Shown in pieces: positions 36,501-41,093 of a stretch of 41,093 nt of DNA. A program made the translations under genes and the position numbers. Below the pieces are notes generated by a model, which worked only from the letters and a program-made list of their open reading frames with translations, was not told the DNA's origin and searched no databases. Position 1 is the first letter of the stretch, and the number at the start of each line of letters is the position of its first letter. The stretch spans positions 1 to 41,093 of the forward strand of contig JARBUQ010000001.1 in assembly GCA_029239545.1 (NCBI GenBank), read 5' to 3'. The DNA is from Paenibacillus sp. (lineage in GTDB: Bacteria; Bacillota; Bacilli; Paenibacillales; NBRC-103111).

Positions 36501-38648
36501 CAGAAGACGCTCGCTCAGCATCTTTCCAATCTTCCAATGGTAATCGGCCAATTTTGCCTCCGGGACTAGCAAATACAGGTCCTGCCGGATGCGGTCGTGC
36601 CTGAAGGCGTAAGACAGCAGCTCGCCTTCAACAGGGCTCTCAATCTCGAGCAGTCCTTCGGCGACTCCTGATTGAAGGGCGGTTAACACCTCAGTCATAG
36701 TCCGGCCAGTGACAAGAGAAAGGGAAGCGGGTTCGAAGCTTTGTCCCAGAAAAGCCGCCCAGATCAACAGCTCGATCGCAGAGGATGGCATACTCTTAGG
36801 TTTTCCGAGTGCATATCCAATCGCCAGCTTGGGCGCTTCCAATGCGCTGATTTGTGCCAAATCCCAATGCCAGCTGCCGGTCTGGTCTAGAAAGGTGATT
36901 AGATTCCCGGCAAAAGCATGTTGAAGGAAAGGCTGGATGAAAAGCGGCAGCCCCGATGTTTTCTGCGCTAGAAGAGCCGCCAGCTCCTTAAAATCTCCCT
37001 CCGCAAAACGCAGTGCGTCTGTAAGCAGCAGCAGCAAATCAGCTTCCGTCAGCGGCGCCAAATGAATATGAGCGATTGCCGCGTTCCGGCTGTCCCACAT
37101 AGCTTCCATCTGTCTGAGTGGATGTCCGGAGTACAGCTCGTCTTCCCGACAGCTGCCGATCAACAGCAAATGCCGGGACTGCCCGTTATGCATAAGGTGA
37201 ACGAGCAGCTGAAGGGAGGCTTCATCCGCCCATTGCAGATCATCGATAAAGACGATGAGCGGCTGTCCGGCATTGGCGAATACATGAATGAAAGAATGCA
37301 GCACAAACTGCAAGCGAGTATGGGCTCCCGGAGAAGGAATAGGATGAATATCCGGCTGCGGCCCAATCAGCAACTCCAACTGCGGGATCAGATCGAGGAG
37401 CAGGCCCGTATACTCGCCTATTTCCTGTTGAATTCTTAGCTTCCAGAACTCCATCTGCCGGTTGGAGCCGGTCAGTAACTGGCGGATCAGATCTTCGATG
37501 GCTTGAATCCATGCGGAATAGGGTATGTCGGACTGATAAGGATCGAATTTGCCCGATATGAACAAGCCAGTCGAGGAATGAGCTCGAAGCGATTCTTGAA
37601 CAAATGTAGTTTTTCCCATACCGGTCGGCCCGCTTACGAGTACGAATTGTGACGCATTGCGGGCGACCTCATTCTTAATAGCCAGCAGTCGATGCTCTTC
37701 TAGCTCGCGGCCATACATCTTTTTGGGAATGTAGAGCTCCCGGGGCGCATCACGGTAGGCTGGCACGAATGAGGATATTACACCGGTTTGCAGCATTTGT
37801 TCCAGACAGGTTCTGAAATCGGCTTCGATTCCGAATGCGCTGTTATAACGATCCTCAGGTGTTTTATGCATGCATTTGCGCACGATATCGGACAGCATCC
37901 AGGGAATGAGAGGTTCCACAATAGATACTGCCGTCGGATTGCCTGCTATATGCGAATGGATCAGCTCAAGCTCGTCGGCAGCAGCTGCGAATGGCTGCTG
38001 ACCGGTGAACAGCTCATACAAGGCTGCTCCCAAAGAGTAGAAGTCTGTACGATGATTCTGGCCGTGGTTTAATCGTCCTGTCTGCTCGGGTGAAATATAG
38101 GGCAGCACATCCTTCAGCCAACCAGCCGGGGCGAAACGACGATTATGTTCATTCATAACAAAGCAGGTCTGGAAGCCGGTTAACCTTACTTCCATCGTAT
38201 CGGTATTGATGAGAATATGAGAAGGGCAAACCGCATTATGTACAATCTGCTTGCAGTGTATCAGCTTAAGGCTGGTTGCGATGCCGGTCGCGATGCGAAG
38301 CAAGGTCGTTATGCCCAGCTCTCTTACGGGACGGACGGGCTTGCCGAGCGTCATTGCGGGAGTGAGCAGGCCTGACAACAGCTGACCGCCGAAATATTCG
38401 ACCAGCAGCATAGGGCGGTTTCCAACAAATTCCAGGTCGATCGGTTCAACGGCGCCATGACCGTCCAATATTTGCAGCACCTCGAATTCGCGACGATAGG
38501 CGATACCCGCTTCCGTCCCGGGATATTCATCGCGTGTCGTGATGCACATGACAGACTTGCCTGTCTCCCTGTGGACCAGACGGTAATAGGCGGTAACTGT
38601 GTTCTTTCCTATCAGCTCTGCTGTATGATATCCAGGCAGCTCGACCAT
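33525..38648 (-). CDS. Multidomain sensor: Ser/Thr (pseudo)kinase, AAA ATPase, helical repeats, GAF, HisKA_3 histidine kinase
   Basis: YISPEQTGR and TDFYSLG; GPTGMGKT; IDDLQWAD; LYLENN GAF; ERNRIAAEVHDIVGH; QEGLTNGIRHG; start placed 9 nt after AGGAGG. Confidence 0.9.
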   Translation of the reverse strand: MVELPGYHTAELIGKNTVTAYYRLVHRETGKSVMCITTRDEYPGTEAGIAYRREFEVLQILDGHGAVEPIDLEFVGNRPMLLVEYFGGQLLSGLLTPAMTLGKPVRPVRELGITTLLRIATGIATSLKLIHCKQIVHNAVCPSHILINTDTMEVRLTGFQTCFVMNEHNRRFAPAGWLKDVLPYISPEQTGRLNHGQNHRTDFYSLGAALYELFTGQQPFAAAADELELIHSHIAGNPTAVSIVEPLIPWMLSDIVRKCMHKTPEDRYNSAFGIEADFRTCLEQMLQTGVISSFVPAYRDAPRELYIPKKMYGRELEEHRLLAIKNEVARNASQFVLVSGPTGMGKTTFVQESLRAHSSTGLFISGKFDPYQSDIPYSAWIQAIEDLIRQLLTGSNRQMEFWKLRIQQEIGEYTGLLLDLIPQLELLIGPQPDIHPIPSPGAHTRLQFVLHSFIHVFANAGQPLIVFIDDLQWADEASLQLLVHLMHNGQSRHLLLIGSCREDELYSGHPLRQMEAMWDSRNAAIAHIHLAPLTEADLLLLLTDALRFAEGDFKELAALLAQKTSGLPLFIQPFLQHAFAGNLITFLDQTGSWHWDLAQISALEAPKLAIGYALGKPKSMPSSAIELLIWAAFLGQSFEPASLSLVTGRTMTEVLTALQSGVAEGLLEIESPVEGELLSYAFRHDRIRQDLYLLVPEAKLADYHWKIGKMLSERLLDYPVKETQLFEAVNHLNLGFDSNEHADEKLELAELNYRAGRKAKQATAYEAALRYYRLAASLLQDNGWETCFELTFQVFKEQAECEFLCNHTRTALELFDMVLSRALTDLDKVHIYIIMIQLELNRQNNERLHLLCKRALQLCGIRQASQQNSFTVARQWLRVMWKLRGGGVDTMRKLPPMSDPHRLAAMSILVSMSHASFVLNKQEWVATMLTIMELTLDYGMAPESSIGFVGMALIHTLKNRQYHESYKWGKLSMEVSAAYPKFRAITSVSFSICYDSWRRYEPELIEEFIQDAEKTRLESGNVWYANQNIMIISGISLLFSKPLDEAYRRLIKGIDHISGKQNWVQLKYSAVLASLFAKLAGETQLDNPFAGIDIRDEAFPMGDNGQHDANLQEGQCLYIYLISYMFGQFKEAYEYSAKAELLYEARDKSVQECSAHSIYYFLSMAALYPTSTRTEQKKYMKTMRRLRLAMKRYASICPENYRHKYLLMSAEYARIKQQYPLAGKLYEQACDDAFKNGFTHNRAVTAECAVRFYMSRNQLHMAAAYVTQAHQDYLQWGAKAKAADLAARYRHLLITDSASLAHGIDYQSVMRSAQTISGEMVMSRLLDKLMRIMLQNAGAEKGALIFDNEGILEIEAYGTSGDVVLERIPLEQTNEVATAIVAYTARTLKEIVLQDAAAEGIFTQIPYVQQQKLKSVMCLPIMKNAQLICILYLENNLSAGVFTPERIDVLKLLCSQCAISIDNARLYANIERLNDSLEEQVRERTSTLERSMRETAEALAEVSIQSERNRIAAEVHDIVGHTLTSTILQIEAGKRQLLKDKEGALRSMQGAQDLIRHGLSETRRSVHMLKEGAAFDLTRALHKLIRDTEQHTGITVKTDIVPLPRLSAAHNHVIYHALQEGLTNGIRHGSANSFHLVLNYDGKFLFFRLEDYGSGAVQYTQGFGLTAMRQRVEELDGQLHIDLTPGRGGLLRIVLPYRIPQEVSMLE

Positions 38649-38954
38649 GCACGGCATCCTCCTATTTCGTCCTGCTTCTTACTGAGCCCAATAAGTCGGA
38701 GAAGCCGTGATCGGTCGGCCCCAGCTTGTTGAGCGGTAGCGTCAGTTTGACATCGCTGTAAGCTGCTTAAGGTAACCGTTCGCTATAAATAAACTTTTGT
38801 TCAATTTATATAGGTCTATGTTTATAGGTCTTATGTAGTAGTTTCGACATAAACCGATCTGTTTCCTGCAATTCACCCTTATGAGAATTAGGACTACGGA
38901 CGCAACACAAGAAAACCCTGACTGGAAGTTCTGCCAGTCACTATCTACGTTCAT

Positions 38955-39138
38955 TTAATTGCCAAAAAGCAACTAATCTCACTCCGCACCCCAGATCAGC
39001 CGATATTAATTGCAGAACCGCAACAAATTCCCACTGCATGATCCCTGAATCGACTCCCTAGCCTGTTTAATTGCTTTTCTGCAACTAAATCGACCTCACA
39101 GGTCGGCCAACTCGATTTAATTGCTTTTTTGATGCTAA
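38955..39138. repeat. Four 22-bp imperfect palindromes TTAATTGC-N6-GCAACTAA spaced 51, 61 and 50 bp
   Basis: Copies start at 38955, 39006, 39067 and 39117. Confidence 0.75.
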
Positions 39139-39313
39139 TTTCCACCGCCCGACAAGGAACCGAACAATGGAGAGCTCCCATCGGACACCCATCGGTCTTC
39201 CCCCCACCAGAATCTTATACTTTCCAATAAGTTCATAAAAAGAAAGAGATCGAAAGGAATTAACCTCCGACCTCGCTCCTATATTCCTGTATTTTGCTTC
39301 TGGTTTCCTGTGA

Positions 39314-40906
39314 TTACTTCTTCACTTTGGAGAACCATTCATTGGCTTCCTTCTCCATTTGCTCACCGCCGCTGCCGCGCCATTTCTTGACGAACTCGTC
39401 GAATTCGCTTAGCGGCTTGTCGCCGGTAATGATTGACAGGTAGGCTTGCTCCTGCAGCTTCGTCAATTCTGCCTGGTATTTGGCCTGTGAAGGCAGTGCT
39501 GTTAGCAGCTGGTTGCGAATTCCGCCTTTCTCGAAGCCTTGCTCGGTCGCCCATTTCACATTGATCTGGTTGCGAATAGCTGAGAATTCAGGCAGCTCAA
39601 GGGATTCTATCACGTTGTTGGCGCCCATGGCCTCCAGATCCTGGGTTGATATTCCGGTTTTTAACAGAGGCACCTTCTTATCCGTGAACGTCCATTCCTG
39701 GCCTTCAATTCCTAACATGGCCGTTACGTAATTTTCATAAGTGGAAGCACTGATCTGGTCAATCATCTGTAAAATTTTGGCCAGCTTGTCGGGCTCCTTC
39801 TCCAGCTGCTTGCCGAAGGAGACGAAGTTGCCGTTTATCATGCTGCCCTGTGGAGCGCCCATCTTCCCGTTCGGCCCTTTTGGAGGCAAGCCGTACACAA
39901 GGGCATCCGCTGCAGCGGCATTCACCTTCTTCAGCTCCACATAATCGTGTGATGCGCTATCTCCTTCGAACAGCAAAGGCTTCCAATGGTAGTACACGCC
40001 AAGGCTGCTAGTTCCGATTCTGCCATTGATAAAGGCATGGGAGAGCGCCCAATATCCGCCGTTATTCTCGCCGGTTATGAATTCCGGATCGATGACTCCG
40101 TCCTTATACCATTTGTTCAGCAGCTTGAGTGCTTCCTTCATTTCCGGCTGGACGGCTCCGAACACTAATTTGCCGTCGCGCTCATTCCATCGGTCCGGCA
40201 AGTATCCGAAAGCCCCATAGATGTTAGTAACCCCTGATTTCGATATGCCGTAAGTGTCTTTTTTACCATTTTTATCCGGATCTTCATTCGTTAGTTTATA
40301 AAGTGCGGTTTCAAATTCCTCGAGTGTTTCCGGAGCTTTCGTTATGCCTACATTTTTCAGCCAATCTCCCCGCCATATAACAGGACCGCGGTACCGATCG
40401 TACATGTTCAATTGAGGGATGCCATATATTTTACCGTTAATCTTGGCATATTCAAAAGCGTTCGGGAATTCCTTTTCCGTCTTTGCATATACGTTTGGTG
40501 CGTATTTCTTGAGCATATCAAGGGGAATCTCTGCTAACAAATCCTGATCGACGTATTTTTGCAGGACCGTGAAGCCTTTGGTCAGCATGCGATCGGGAAT
40601 TTCACCAGATGCGAATTTCAGATTCATCATCTCAGCATAATTATTCGATTCAACATTCCAGACATCTAGCTCTACATTCAATTTCTCATTCCAGTATTTA
40701 ACCATCTTGGCGTCTTTCACGACAGGGGTAGATTGTCCGCTAACCCAGGAAATTTTATACTTTTTATCCGCTTGAGGTGTGCTGTCCGCCGTCTTTGCAC
40801 CAGTACCTTCCTTGCTGTCGTCGGTTCCGCATGCTGCGCTAAATACTGCCAAGAGAAGCGATGCCGCCGATAACAGGGCCAGACGGTTGAACTTGTTTTT
40901 CTTCAT
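39314..40906 (-). CDS. Extracellular solute-binding lipoprotein (LplA-like, carbohydrate ABC family)
   Basis: MKKNK signal peptide with lipobox SAAC, ASGEIPD, GKIYGIP, WRGDWL, DPDKNGKKDT, IITGDKP..EFDEFVKKW; GGAGG RBS. Confidence 0.9.
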   Translation of the reverse strand: MKKNKFNRLALLSAASLLLAVFSAACGTDDSKEGTGAKTADSTPQADKKYKISWVSGQSTPVVKDAKMVKYWNEKLNVELDVWNVESNNYAEMMNLKFASGEIPDRMLTKGFTVLQKYVDQDLLAEIPLDMLKKYAPNVYAKTEKEFPNAFEYAKINGKIYGIPQLNMYDRYRGPVIWRGDWLKNVGITKAPETLEEFETALYKLTNEDPDKNGKKDTYGISKSGVTNIYGAFGYLPDRWNERDGKLVFGAVQPEMKEALKLLNKWYKDGVIDPEFITGENNGGYWALSHAFINGRIGTSSLGVYYHWKPLLFEGDSASHDYVELKKVNAAAADALVYGLPPKGPNGKMGAPQGSMINGNFVSFGKQLEKEPDKLAKILQMIDQISASTYENYVTAMLGIEGQEWTFTDKKVPLLKTGISTQDLEAMGANNVIESLELPEFSAIRNQINVKWATEQGFEKGGIRNQLLTALPSQAKYQAELTKLQEQAYLSIITGDKPLSEFDEFVKKWRGSGGEQMEKEANEWFSKVKK

Positions 40907-41093
40907 CTTTGTAGACCTCCCATTATTGATGCTATTCTCCATTCTATATGGTATCAACTTAGCACCGACCCGGAATCGGCGCAACGTTAAACCCTGTGGA
41001 AAGTAATCAGCCCTTCAAGGAACCGACCAGAACCCCTTTGACAAAATATTTTTGCAGGAAGGGATAAAACATAATGATCGGCATGACGGTGAC

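Noticed and set aside
38843-38849. Spo0A-box-like TTCGACA upstream of the hybrid kinase
   Set aside because: A single 7-mer about 195 bp from the start, expected by chance in 41 kb
38955-39138. Second CRISPR array
   Set aside because: Units have a variable 6-nt centre, uneven spacers and no similarity to the I-C repeat or a GAAAC end; kept only as a repeat finding

Overview
Chromosomal window from a Paenibacillus-like spore former (taxon inferred from gene content). Left to right: (1) a type I-C Cascade operon (cas5c, cas8c with an internal cas11c start, cas7c) behind a SigH-like promoter. No cas3 lies in the window and no cas4/cas1/cas2 follows cas7; instead there is a two-repeat, one-spacer mini-array and a terminator. 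(2) A Wzx/Wzy surface-polysaccharide cluster with a PglF/PglE/PglC-like amino-sugar pathway, a convergent tailspike-like beta-helix gene with a SigK-like promoter, and an epimerase plus acyltransferase-3 pair. (3) ehuBCDA-ectABCD ectoine/hydroxyectoine uptake and synthesis. (4) Assorted genes, a 101-bp MITE, an unlisted 42-aa ORF, a NarL-type regulator with a giant pseudokinase-AAA-GAF-histidine kinase, a palindromic repeat cluster and a sugar-binding lipoprotein. Main discovery: the single spacer (3691-3725) matches the minus strand at 4163-4197 in 24 of its first 32 nt, ungapped. The site has an exact type I-C TTC PAM (4198-4200), three of the mismatches fall at positions 12, 18 and 24, and it lies 81-115 bp upstream of the first polysaccharide gene. 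The locus therefore looks like a Cascade repurposed as an RNA-guided transcriptional regulator of the neighbouring capsule/EPS operon. The match is seen in the sequence; the function is inference.
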